A program made the translations under genes and the position numbers. From an uncultured Thermodesulfobacteriota bacterium (GTDB lineage: Bacteria; Desulfobacterota; WTBG01; CAIYCZ01; CAIRTM01): a DNA stretch of 51,700 bases. The DNA lies in assembly GCA_964400575.1 (NCBI GenBank), contig CAYNVA010000379.1:1-51700 (forward strand), in the 5' to 3' direction. Below the pieces are notes generated by a model. That model saw nothing but the letters and a program-made list of their open reading frames with translations, was not told the origin of the DNA and ran no database searches. Below are positions 1 through 8,740 of the stretch, piece after piece; the first letter of the stretch is position 1, and every line of letters begins with the position of its first letter.

Positions 1-782
1 AGGGCGTAACATTTAAATCCCATATCGACGGCTCGGTCTTCACCTTCACGCCCGAGAGCGTGGTGAAGCTGCAGGAAGGCTTTGGCGTTGACATCATGAT
101 GCAGCTTGACGAATGCCCGCCCGCCACCGCCGACAAGGAGCTGATCAGCCGCGCCGTGAGCCGCAGCCTGCTCTGGGCTGAGCGCTCGCGGGAGGCCTGG
201 TCGCGAGGGCAGTCGTCTCTGTTTGGCATTGTGCAGGGGGGCCTGCATGCAGACCTGCGCCTGCAGAGCGCCGAGGGCCTTATCGGGCTTGATTTGCCGG
301 GCTACGGGCTTGGAGGATTTTCAGTCGGCGAGGACATGACGGATGCCTATCCCGTGATTGAGCTGGCGGCGCAGGCCCTGCCCCGTCACAAGCCCCGCTA
401 CCTCATGGGTGTCGGGACCCCTGAGGATATTGTGCGGGCAGTCGGCTATGGCATTGATATGTTCGACTGCGTGCTGCCCACACGCTGCGCCCGCAACGGC
501 CTGTGCTTCTGCTCGCACGGCAAGCTGCGCATTAAGAACGCCTGCTACAAAGACGACTTCACGCCCCTTGACCCGTCCTGCTCCTGCTATGCCTGCCGCA
601 GCTTCACCCGCAGCTATATCCGCCACCTCTACATGGCAGGCGAGATCACGGCCCTCATCCTCATGACCATGCACAACATTACCTACTACCTTGACCTGTG
701 CCGCCGGCTGCGGCAGGCCATACTGCAGGACGGGTACCAGCGGTTTTGCGAAGAGTTTTTCAAAGCCGGCAGGTCGGCGTGA
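1..782 (+). CDS. tgt: queuine tRNA-ribosyltransferase (tRNA-guanine transglycosylase), 5' end outside window
   Basis: The frame of ORF 60..782 is open back to the window start (GVTFKSHIDGS...). Motifs seen: QLDECPP, LFGIVQGG, zinc site CSCYAC...H, and MHNITYY near the C-terminus. Confidence 0.9.
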   Translation, partial: GVTFKSHIDGSVFTFTPESVVKLQEGFGVDIMMQLDECPPATADKELISRAVSRSLLWAERSREAWSRGQSSLFGIVQGGLHADLRLQSAEGLIGLDLPGYGLGGFSVGEDMTDAYPVIELAAQALPRHKPRYLMGVGTPEDIVRAVGYGIDMFDCVLPTRCARNGLCFCSHGKLRIKNACYKDDFTPLDPSCSCYACRSFTRSYIRHLYMAGEITALILMTMHNITYYLDLCRRLRQAILQDGYQRFCEEFFKAGRSA

Positions 783-956
783 CCGTGGCTGAAGCGGCAT
801 AAAAGCTTGTACGGGCTGCTGAAAAAACCCTTTTGAAATCCCAAAAGATGTTTTATACTTCTTTAAGAGTTCAAGGCACGTTTTCCCCGTGAAACCAATT
901 AAAAAACTGCTTGTTTAATACATACAAGATATGAACCTACCATTAAAGGAGTCGTC

Positions 957-1262
957 ATGAGCATTGAAAACCAGGTCGATCAGATACTGTTTGCAGCCAT
1001 TGAAGAGATCAACCAGCAATTGCCGTCCAACCAGACAATCAAGGCCGACAAAAGCACCATGCTTTTCGGCAAGGACGGCGTGCTTGATTCTCTCACACTT
1101 GTGAACCTGATCGTGGCCGCCGAACAGAAAGTGCAGGAAATCCTGAATATAGCCATCACCCTTGCCGACGAGCGGGCCATGTCGCAAAAAAACAGCCCGT
1201 TCAAATCGGTAGAGTCGCTGGCAAGCTACATTGTCGTGCTTGTTAAAGAAAAGACCAACTGA
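957..1262 (+). CDS. acyl carrier protein-like (phosphopantetheine-attachment) protein
   Basis: AAAGGAG lies 6 nt upstream of ATG 957. The 101 aa acidic protein has a GVLDSLTLV motif (DSL serine). Confidence 0.7.
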   Translation: MSIENQVDQILFAAIEEINQQLPSNQTIKADKSTMLFGKDGVLDSLTLVNLIVAAEQKVQEILNIAITLADERAMSQKNSPFKSVESLASYIVVLVKEKTN

Positions 1263-1287
1263 CCCTTCCCAACGAAAGGACACCACC

Positions 1288-1989
1288 ATGAGCAAGCAGG
1301 CCGTGATGCTTATCACCGGCACCCGCAAGGGTATCGGGAGATACCTTGTTGAATATTATATCCAGCGGGGCTGGATAATCTATGGCTGCAGCCGCGAACC
1401 GGCCGACTTCACCTACGATGACTATTATCACTTCTGCCTCAGCGTGTCAGACGAGGATAAGGTGAAGGAGATGTTCGCCGAAATAGGCAGGCGGGAGGGC
1501 CGCCTGGACGTGCTTATCAACAACGCGGGCGTTGCCTCCATGAACCATGTCATTCTTACGCCCCTGTCAACCGTACACCGCGTGCTGAACACCAATGTGG
1601 TCGGGACATTTCTGTTCACCCGCGAAGCATCAAAACTGATGATGAAACGGAAATGGGGCCGCATCGTCAACTTCGCCACCGTGGCCACCGCCATGAAGCT
1701 TCAGGGCGAGGCCATCTACGCATCCTCCAAGGCAGCCATCTGCAGCCTTACCGAAATCATGGCCCGCGAACTCGGGGATCTGGGCATCACGGTCAATGCC
1801 GTGGGGCCTACGCCCACCAAGACCGACTTAATCAAATCCGTGCCCAAGGAGAAGATAGACCGGCTGCTTGAGCAGCAGGCCGTGCACCGGTTCGGCGAGT
1901 TTGCCGATATAACAAATGTCATCGACTTTTTCATCAGGCCCGAAAGCGATTTTATTACCGGGCAGGTCATCTATCTGGGAGGGATTTAA
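1288..1989 (+). CDS. short-chain dehydrogenase/reductase (FabG-like)
   Basis: The internal ATG at 1288 follows AAAGGA and avoids overlap with the ACP gene. Motifs: TGTRKGIG Rossmann motif, NNAG, YASSKAA catalytic YxxxK. Confidence 0.85.
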   Translation: MSKQAVMLITGTRKGIGRYLVEYYIQRGWIIYGCSREPADFTYDDYYHFCLSVSDEDKVKEMFAEIGRREGRLDVLINNAGVASMNHVILTPLSTVHRVLNTNVVGTFLFTREASKLMMKRKWGRIVNFATVATAMKLQGEAIYASSKAAICSLTEIMARELGDLGITVNAVGPTPTKTDLIKSVPKEKIDRLLEQQAVHRFGEFADITNVIDFFIRPESDFITGQVIYLGGI

Positions 1990-1993
1990 GGCC

Positions 1994-3355
1994 ATGCAGA
2001 TTGATTTTTTACTGGATGTTTTTAAGGAAAACCCCGCTGCCGAGGCCATGGTCTGGAAAAACACGACGGTCAGCTATGCCTGGCTGCTTGAGCGGTTCAA
2101 TGCCTGGGGCGTCGACCTTGAAACAAAAAACGTCAAACCCGGCACCGTGGTCGTCATTCTCGGGGATTATTCGCCCAGCTCCATCGCCCTGCTGCTTGCG
2201 CTCATTCAGAAATGCTGCATCGTTATTCCCCTGACCGTGCAGAACGAAACAAAGCGCAACGACTATATCGAGGTGGGCATGTCGGAGGCCTGCTTCACCT
2301 TTGATGCCGACGACAATGCGGCCTTTACAACATTCCCCCGCAGGGCCGAGCATGAACACTATGGGTACCTGCGCGACAAAGGCCACCCGGGCCTTGTGCT
2401 TTTTTCATCAGGCTCAACAGGGGCGGGCAAGGCGGCGGTGCACGACTTTGCGCGGCTGCTGGAGAAATACAAGGTGCGGCGGCAGAATCTGCGCACGCTC
2501 ACCTTTCTGCTCTACGATCATATCGGCGGCGTGGACACCATGTTCTACTCACTGAGCAACGGCTCATGCATCATCACGGTGCAGGACCGCCTGCCCGATA
2601 CGGTCTGCAAAGCCATACAGGACCACAAGGTGGATGTGCTGCCCGTGTCCCCCAGCTTTTTAAACATGCTCATCCTGAGCGAAGCCTACAAGCGCTACGA
2701 TCTGGGGTCGCTCAAGTACATCACCTACGGCGCCGAGGTCATGCCCGAGACAACCCTGAAAAAATGCGTCGAGCTTTTCCCGGGCGTGACGCTGCTGCAG
2801 AAATTCGGCACCACCGAGGTCGGAACGCTACGGTCCAAGTCAAAGTCAAACGAGTCGACCTGGGTAAAAATCGGCGGAGAGGGCTACCAGACACGCGTGG
2901 TAGAGGGCATTCTGCACATTAAGGCCCAGTCGGCAATACTGGGCTATCTCAATGCCCCCAGCCCCTTCACCGAGGACGGCTGGTTCATCACCAATGACCT
3001 GGTGGAGGTCGACGGCGAGTACATGCGGATACTGGGGCGCAAGCAGGAAGTCATCAATGTGGGCGGCGAGAAGGTAAACCCTGCCGAGGTCGAGAATGTT
3101 ATCTATGAACTTGATAATGTCAACGAAGTGTCCATATTCGGGGAGCACAATGCAATACTCGGGAATATCATCTGCGCCAAGGTTTCCATGGTCGATGCCG
3201 GCCAGGATAAGAAGGCTTTTGTGAACCAGATCAAGGCCCACTGCGCCTCAAAGCTTGAGCGCTACAAAGTGCCGGTGAAAATCGAGGTGGTCGACTACCG
3301 GCTGCACAGCGACCGCTTCAAAAAAATGCGGCTTACGCTGGGAACCAGCACCTGA
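1994..3355 (+). CDS. AMP-dependent synthetase/ligase (acyl-CoA or acyl-ACP ligase family)
   Basis: ATG 1994 lies 4 nt after the SDR stop. Motifs: FSSGSTGAGK adenylation motif, FGTTEVG, GWFITNDL, and a C-terminal YKVPVK lysine. Confidence 0.85.
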   Translation: MQIDFLLDVFKENPAAEAMVWKNTTVSYAWLLERFNAWGVDLETKNVKPGTVVVILGDYSPSSIALLLALIQKCCIVIPLTVQNETKRNDYIEVGMSEACFTFDADDNAAFTTFPRRAEHEHYGYLRDKGHPGLVLFSSGSTGAGKAAVHDFARLLEKYKVRRQNLRTLTFLLYDHIGGVDTMFYSLSNGSCIITVQDRLPDTVCKAIQDHKVDVLPVSPSFLNMLILSEAYKRYDLGSLKYITYGAEVMPETTLKKCVELFPGVTLLQKFGTTEVGTLRSKSKSNESTWVKIGGEGYQTRVVEGILHIKAQSAILGYLNAPSPFTEDGWFITNDLVEVDGEYMRILGRKQEVINVGGEKVNPAEVENVIYELDNVNEVSIFGEHNAILGNIICAKVSMVDAGQDKKAFVNQIKAHCASKLERYKVPVKIEVVDYRLHSDRFKKMRLTLGTST

Positions 3356-3382
3356 GGGCCGCAGCAGTCTGGGGCTGTTGAC

Positions 3383-3424
3383 TCCCGCGCAGGCACCGCA
3401 CCGCTTGCAGCGGGATTTTTTTTG
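3383..3424 (+). terminator. putative rho-independent terminator after the ligase gene
   Basis: The tcccgc...ccgcttgcagcggga hairpin is followed by a run of 9 T. Confidence 0.5.
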
Positions 3425-3561
3425 AAAGGGCTCCGGCATGACGGAAATCCGCAGGATCGGGTATCGGAAAACGATCCAAGAAAATTGTGCGGCACATACC
3501 GCTGCGCAGGTGAGCCTCTGCAGGTGTGCCGATCAAGGGCTTATCAATAAACCCCTCCGTG

Positions 3562-4386
3562 CTACAGCAGGTATTTTCCCGGCTCCGCGCAGATGCGCTC
3601 AAGGCTCTGGCCGAGGCGGAAGGCATTGATGCCGTAGGCGATTCGGTGATCGCCAAACAGGTTAAGGTGCATGGTTTCGCGGCTGCTCAATGCGCCGTCG
3701 GCAGCCACATATGGCTGTTTCCCAACGACGCTGGTATGAATCCGTATCGGCAGCTTCGTCCGCCAGATGAGCGGCTTTATAAATACGAAATTTGAGCGGT
3801 CTCCATAGTCGTGGTGCGAAAGCACGATATTTGAAACGATGCCGTTGCGGAACCCGACTTCATAGGCCATTTTTTCGGGTATAAGGCAATAGAGCCGCAG
3901 CTGAAAAAAAAGCCGCTGCGCCAGCTGCAGCAGGCGTTTCTTCGGCAGGGAGTTTTTGCGTGTCGCCTCCACCATTTTGAGGATTAATTCCCCCTGAATG
4001 TCTGCAAGCGTTTTGAGGTGCGGGTTCTCAAGGATGATGGATGTTACGGCAAGCTCCCGGCCGGGAAGCATGAAATTATTTGAAATAGAGATACCCTCCA
4101 TCTCGTAAACATGCCTTCCGAGCACAATGCGGTTAAAAACCCGGTTTTCATTGATCGCAAGGGCCAGCACTTTATTGAGCACATGCGTGAAGGTGATTTT
4201 GCGGTTAAATCGCTCAGAGGCCTGCTGCGCCAGTTCAAGGCATGGCCCTATATCAAGCGTGTAGGCGATGCCGAAAAACGGATCGGGTGAGCCCGCATGC
4301 AGGCTGATGGTGTCAAGGATCAGGTCGCCGAGCTCCTGCGGGGGGACTCGCCGCATGTGCAGTTCTTTTTTTGCAAAAGTCCTCAT
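3562..4386 (-). CDS. stand-alone 2-oxoacid dehydrogenase E2-type (CAT-fold) acyltransferase, paralog 1
   Basis: 274 aa. The C-terminal GDHRIAYGINAFRL matches the DHRxxDG catalytic-His region of E2 cores. No lipoyl or subunit-binding domain is present. It is a clear paralog of 4759..5583. Confidence 0.7.
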   Translation of the reverse strand: MRTFAKKELHMRRVPPQELGDLILDTISLHAGSPDPFFGIAYTLDIGPCLELAQQASERFNRKITFTHVLNKVLALAINENRVFNRIVLGRHVYEMEGISISNNFMLPGRELAVTSIILENPHLKTLADIQGELILKMVEATRKNSLPKKRLLQLAQRLFFQLRLYCLIPEKMAYEVGFRNGIVSNIVLSHHDYGDRSNFVFIKPLIWRTKLPIRIHTSVVGKQPYVAADGALSSRETMHLNLFGDHRIAYGINAFRLGQSLERICAEPGKYLL

Positions 4387-4758
4387 TGCAGCACCGTATG
4401 CATACTATTGCTTTAAATGCCTCTTGGCCAAAATCTGTGCGGCATAAACGATAGAAGTCGGAATTCAGGAGTCAGAATCCAGAAGTCAGAGGTCAGAGGT
4501 CGAAATCCAAAATTCAAAATCAAAAATCCAGAAGTCCGGCTTCTTTTCTAAAGGACCTTAAACGTAATAAAGACGACTGAAAACACCCTAAGAGCTTGTT
4601 TTAAAAGTATAAAATGATCACGCGTAGGGTGGATTAAGCCCGTTTTTATGGGTGGAACCGCTTCGCTTGTTCCACCCTGCCAGCGCTCTGCGCCCTTATT
4701 GGAGTCATACTTCAGGGCGAATCCACCAAAAACATGCCTTTTAACACACGCTCTAAGA

Positions 4759-5583
4759 CTACAGCAGATACTTCTCCGGGTTGGCGCACAGTCTGCGCAG
4801 GCTCTGTCCCAGCCGGTAAGCATCAACACCGTTGGTAACGCGGTGATCGCCGATAACGGTCAGGTTCAGGGTTTCACGAATCACCACGGCACGGCTTGCG
4901 TCGACAAACGGCTGGGGGCCCATGGCGCAGGCATGTATGCGCAGGCCCCCTTTGATGACCGAAACGATCGGCTTGACAGCAAAAAATCCTGCAGGCCCGC
5001 CGTAGTCATGATTGGAAAGAACGATATTTGAAAGAATGCCGTTTTTAAATGCCACGGTAAAGGAAAGCTTTTCACTGACCAGCCGGTTGATGCCGAGCCT
5101 GAAATAGAGCCGCGGCATGACGCGTGCCAGCCTGCTTTTGCGGCGGGCATGCTCCCTGGTTTTTTCCACCATCTTCAGGATGGATTCCTGTTGAATCTCG
5201 GCAAGCGTCTTGCGATGCGGATTATCAAAGATAATATAGGTGAGAACCTGCTGCTTTCCCGGCAGCATGAAGGCATTGGAAAGGTAAATGCCCTCAATCT
5301 GGTAGACGCTGCGCCCCAGCACCACCTGGTTGTAGGCGGGGTTTTCGTCGATGGCCATGGCGACCAGCTTATTGAGCACATGGGCAAAAGTAATTTTGCG
5401 GCCATAGCGCTCGGAAGCCTCCTGGCACAGGGCAAGACACGGCTCCATATCAAGCGGGTAGACGACCCCGGCGGTAGGGTCGCAGGAGCGGGCAAGCGCG
5501 CTCATGATGTCGAGCCTCAAATCGCCGAGCTCCTGCGGCGAAAGCCTGCGCATGCGCAGTTCTTTTTTTGCGGGTGATTGCAT
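4759..5583 (-). CDS. stand-alone E2-type (CAT-fold) acyltransferase, paralog 2
   Basis: 274 aa, colinear with 3562..4386 from the N-terminus (AKKELxMRRxxPQELGDL) to the C-terminus (GDHRVTNGVDAYRLGQSL). Confidence 0.7.
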   Translation of the reverse strand: MQSPAKKELRMRRLSPQELGDLRLDIMSALARSCDPTAGVVYPLDMEPCLALCQEASERYGRKITFAHVLNKLVAMAIDENPAYNQVVLGRSVYQIEGIYLSNAFMLPGKQQVLTYIIFDNPHRKTLAEIQQESILKMVEKTREHARRKSRLARVMPRLYFRLGINRLVSEKLSFTVAFKNGILSNIVLSNHDYGGPAGFFAVKPIVSVIKGGLRIHACAMGPQPFVDASRAVVIRETLNLTVIGDHRVTNGVDAYRLGQSLRRLCANPEKYLL

Positions 5584-5692
5584 TGCTGCACCGTATCCTG
5601 TGGTTGTAGATTCTCCTTAACACAAAAAGAGCTTTAAATCCACTGCATCCCCGACTTTAAAAGCTGCATGACGGGCACATGCTGGTGGGCAG

Positions 5693-6622
5693 TCATGTAC
5701 TGATAAATGTTCGCCATCCCGCGAGGAGCGCTCCGGGCCGCAGCTCAAGGGCGCCCACAGCCTCGGCAACGGGCGTGAATCCGCAGTGGCTGCAGAGAAC
5801 CGTTCCGCGGCTTTTTGCGTAGCAGCCCTGCGTGATCGTGCCGTCGGGGTCGACGTTTATGAGAATATCCTCGCGGCAGGTCCAGGTATTGCCGATCATG
5901 GCGCGCAGCCTGCCGGTTGAATTCAAAATGGGATACCCCTGCCGCTTGAGTGCAATGGCGGTTTGCATGGCTTCACGACGCTCGGATTCCGTAAGCCCGA
6001 GTTTTTCCTCGCCCTGCCCGTAGGGGTAAAAAAACTGCAGGGTCAGTCCGCGCACGGAAGCAATCCCTGCCAGCAGGTCCAGAAGCCCTTTGAGTTCAAG
6101 CCGGTTTTCGCGGTTGATGGTATGGTGGACGAGAATTTTGCCATGCCGCGTCTTCTCAAGATTGTGCCTGATGCGGGCAAAGGAGGAGCTGCGCAGCCGG
6201 TCATGGGTTTCGGGAAGCCCGTCAATGCTCACCCAGACAACATGGGCGGGCAGGTCAAGGTCCAGGGTGCCGTTGGTGGTTACGGCAACTCGCAGAAAAA
6301 GTTTTTTCGCAAGCTCAATGAGATCATGCACCCTGCGGTCGCCATCGCGCCACAGCAGCGGCTCGCCCCCTTCGAAAACAATCATGCGGCAGCCCGACAG
6401 GGAAAGCTCATGCAGGCAGCGGGCTGCAGTGTCCCAGCCCATATGTCCGCCCGGCTCCTCGGCACGCTGATGGAAGGGGCAGGCCCGGCAGGCAAGGTTG
6501 CAGCGATAGGTGAGCTTGAAACTTGCAAGCAGGGGTACTGGCTGCCCGAGTATCCGGGTGCGCAGAAAAAAATCGGCGAGGTTTATCATCCAGTGCATAA
6601 CCGAAGCGCTTTGCGCACACAT
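5693..6622 (-). CDS. radical SAM protein with C-terminal Cys cluster (SPASM/twitch-like)
   Basis: Motifs: CNLACRACPF (CxxxCxxC), GGEPLL, and C-terminal CYAKSRGTVLCSHCG. The start is uncertain; alternative ATGs are at 6598 and 6589. Confidence 0.8.
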   Translation of the reverse strand: MCAQSASVMHWMINLADFFLRTRILGQPVPLLASFKLTYRCNLACRACPFHQRAEEPGGHMGWDTAARCLHELSLSGCRMIVFEGGEPLLWRDGDRRVHDLIELAKKLFLRVAVTTNGTLDLDLPAHVVWVSIDGLPETHDRLRSSSFARIRHNLEKTRHGKILVHHTINRENRLELKGLLDLLAGIASVRGLTLQFFYPYGQGEEKLGLTESERREAMQTAIALKRQGYPILNSTGRLRAMIGNTWTCREDILINVDPDGTITQGCYAKSRGTVLCSHCGFTPVAEAVGALELRPGALLAGWRTFIST

Positions 6623-6745
6623 ACGTCAGGGGAGAAAACGGCCGGCCAGTGCATTTTCAAAACAGCATGTCTCCGGCGCACAATAAAAAAAGCGCCTGAA
6701 GGCTGTACCGCCCGTCAGGCGCACATGCAGGCCGGCAACAGGGTG

Positions 6746-6970
6746 TCAGCCCTTGTCCTGCGGCGGCTCGGCCGGAGGCTTATCCTCGCCCCGCAGCTTT
6801 TTTTCAAAGGTGTTGAGCAGGTCTGCGGTTTTGGCGCGCAGACTCTCTGTGGTGATTCCCAGCTCTTCAATCTTATTTTTCATTTCATCGATGGAGCCCC
6901 CGCTTCGCTGATAGGCAATGCAGGCCACAATGAGCGCTGCAATAGAAATAAAAAGCGACACGTAATTCAT
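6746..6970 (-). CDS. small membrane-anchored coiled-coil protein, unknown function
   Basis: 74 aa with an N-terminal TM helix followed by a charged helical tail. It lies directly downstream of the LapA-like gene. Confidence 0.5.
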   Translation of the reverse strand: MNYVSLFISIAALIVACIAYQRSGGSIDEMKNKIEELGITTESLRAKTADLLNTFEKKLRGEDKPPAEPPQDKG

Positions 6971-6998
6971 GATGATACCCCCTGCAAAAAAATGGTTT

Positions 6999-7253
6999 TT
7001 AGTGTGCCTCAGGCAACGATGCCCCGGGCATGCCCGGGCATTTTTCCCTGCGGTTTTTTCGCCGGTTATTTAAATATGAAAGAAACAACCCGATGACAAT
7101 GCCGGAAAAAAGAGCTGAAAGAAGCATCAGCGAAACAGACATGGAAACGGTCCACATAAGAAACCGCACATCCGCAACCACCGTATTCTGAAACGTGAAT
7201 AGAGCGACAAGGGCTAAAAGTATCAATATGCAGATGATTTTAAAGCTGTTCAT
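6999..7253 (-). CDS. LapA-domain (DUF1049-like) inner membrane protein
   Basis: 84 aa with two TM helices followed by a basic NNRRKNRR tail, which is the LapA-family architecture. Confidence 0.55.
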   Translation of the reverse strand: MNSFKIICILILLALVALFTFQNTVVADVRFLMWTVSMSVSLMLLSALFSGIVIGLFLSYLNNRRKNRREKCPGMPGASLPEAH

Positions 7254-7339
7254 GATTTTTCGCGCCTTGAGTTTTTTAACACTTTAATAAAATATAATCT
7301 ATTACATGCAGATTGCAACACCTTTTGTTGCGCCCGTGC

Positions 7340-7879
7340 TCAGAAATCATCCCCCCGTATATCCAGGAAAAAAAAACCAGTGACAAAATCAAGCATTTCA
7401 TAAATCTCCAGTGCAGGATAGATACCGACCACGCCCGCCTGCACTTCTAACCCGAGTTCCAGGGGGTCCACCACGGGAGCACAAGGACCCTGGTTGGTTA
7501 GATCAACAACGCTTACCTTCACGCCGCCGTGGTTTTCAATGCCGAAGGGCCAGGGAATGCCCCACCCTTTGCCGCGGCTGCCCCGAAGGCCTGCATATAC
7601 CGTAGCATGACTGCCGACAAACACATCGGCAAACTCCGTAGCCCGGGCGCCGGCCGACAAACCGGGGCCAACGCGAACGCGCAGTCGCACTATATCCAGC
7701 AGGTCAAAAATCCTGTTGGGGATATAAAAGACAATGGGCTGCACGATTCCCGTAAGACCCATGGCCAGAGGCTGCTTTACACCTTTTTGCTCTGATGATG
7801 GAGCGCGGGCTGTTTCCGCCTCCGCAGTGGCAGCACACAACAACACCGCTGCCAGAACACAAACTGCTGCACATTTCAT
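7340..7879 (-). CDS. exported hypothetical protein
   Basis: Signal peptide MKCAAVCVLAAVLLCAATAEA. No family recognised. Confidence 0.55.
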   Translation of the reverse strand: MKCAAVCVLAAVLLCAATAEAETARAPSSEQKGVKQPLAMGLTGIVQPIVFYIPNRIFDLLDIVRLRVRVGPGLSAGARATEFADVFVGSHATVYAGLRGSRGKGWGIPWPFGIENHGGVKVSVVDLTNQGPCAPVVDPLELGLEVQAGVVGIYPALEIYEMLDFVTGFFFLDIRGDDF

Positions 7880-7925
7880 ATCTGTGTCTCCTTATGCCTG
7901 CAATCCATTGAGCTGTGCTTTTTGG

Positions 7926-8083
7926 CTAGCAGGCTGTTGAAAAACGCCCATCTGCTTCGTTGCGCTCATCCTGCTTCACTGCAGCGTACGAAAAGTACGC
8001 CTCATTTCGCATGATTTCGCGCGCCTTGCATCTGAGCATTTTTGAACAGCCCGTATGGATTGACTTTTTCAACAACCTGCTAG
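7926..8083. repeat. MITE-like element bounded by 19 bp inverted repeats
   Basis: ctagcaggctgttgaaaaa (7926-7944) pairs with tttttcaacaacctgctag (8065-8083) with 1 mismatch. The element is intergenic. Confidence 0.5.
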
Positions 8084-8267
8084 AGCAATTTACCTACATG
8101 CTCCCGTGCTCCACCCGTTCAACCACAACAAAGCTTGAGTATCCCGGCCAGCAAGGCATTTTTCCGGCATGCGCTCAAAGTGGATTATTTCTTTCAGGAA
8201 ACCAGAGAGAGAACCGGCCTGACAGACACCGGCACGGTAGCTGCCGCGCCACCGGTTCGGCAGGCTC

Positions 8268-8630
8268 CTACATTATGGAAGCTCGATCAATTTCTTTTCG
8301 GAATCGATCCACTATTTTTTTTATTTTTCGGGAATTTTCATCAGACATGTTGACGAATTGAATGCCCATGCCCTTGGGCATGGAAGCTTTTTTGCTGCCC
8401 TTGACAAAAGCCCAGACCACTCTGCCGTCAACCTCAATCTCTTCAGTCTCTTCCGGAAGCCGCATGCGCAGCAGAACTGGCGAATCAAGCGGCAGCGGAT
8501 TATCTGTGCGAATAAAAAGTCCGCCATTGGTAATATTGGGCATATAGACCTTTATAAAAGATCCATATTCCTTGAACATGATCTCGATGCGGACCGGTTC
8601 AGAACTATCGCCTTTTTTATTTTCTGCCAT
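8268..8630 (-). CDS. PilZ domain protein
   Basis: 120 aa. The layout (...GGLFIRT...V.LRMRLP...GRVVW...GMGIQF) is typical of PilZ/TIGR02266-type domains. Confidence 0.7.
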   Translation of the reverse strand: MAENKKGDSSEPVRIEIMFKEYGSFIKVYMPNITNGGLFIRTDNPLPLDSPVLLRMRLPEETEEIEVDGRVVWAFVKGSKKASMPKGMGIQFVNMSDENSRKIKKIVDRFRKEIDRASIM

Positions 8631-8740
8631 ATGCCCTCCCTTTATTTGACAGTAAAATAATAAATAAATTTAATAATTCTGTCAATTTTTTTATAAAATG
8701 CTTACGGCCGGATAAAATGCGCTTGCGTTTTTGCCTGATG

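Noticed and set aside
833-860. Possible promoter TTGAAA...TATACT upstream of the ACP-like gene.
   Set aside because: The spacer is only 15 nt, so it is not convincing enough to list as a feature.
5963-7096. Long ORFs antisense to confident genes. Examples: 5963..7096 +, 9014..9604 +, 20714..21349 -, 22484..23260 -, 33698..34765 +, 36509..37342 -, 44176..45231 +, 50716..51528 +.
   Set aside because: They mirror well-supported genes on the other strand in GC-rich DNA, where stop codons are scarce. Their translations are low-complexity (R/A/G/P-rich) and have no recognisable motifs or RBS.
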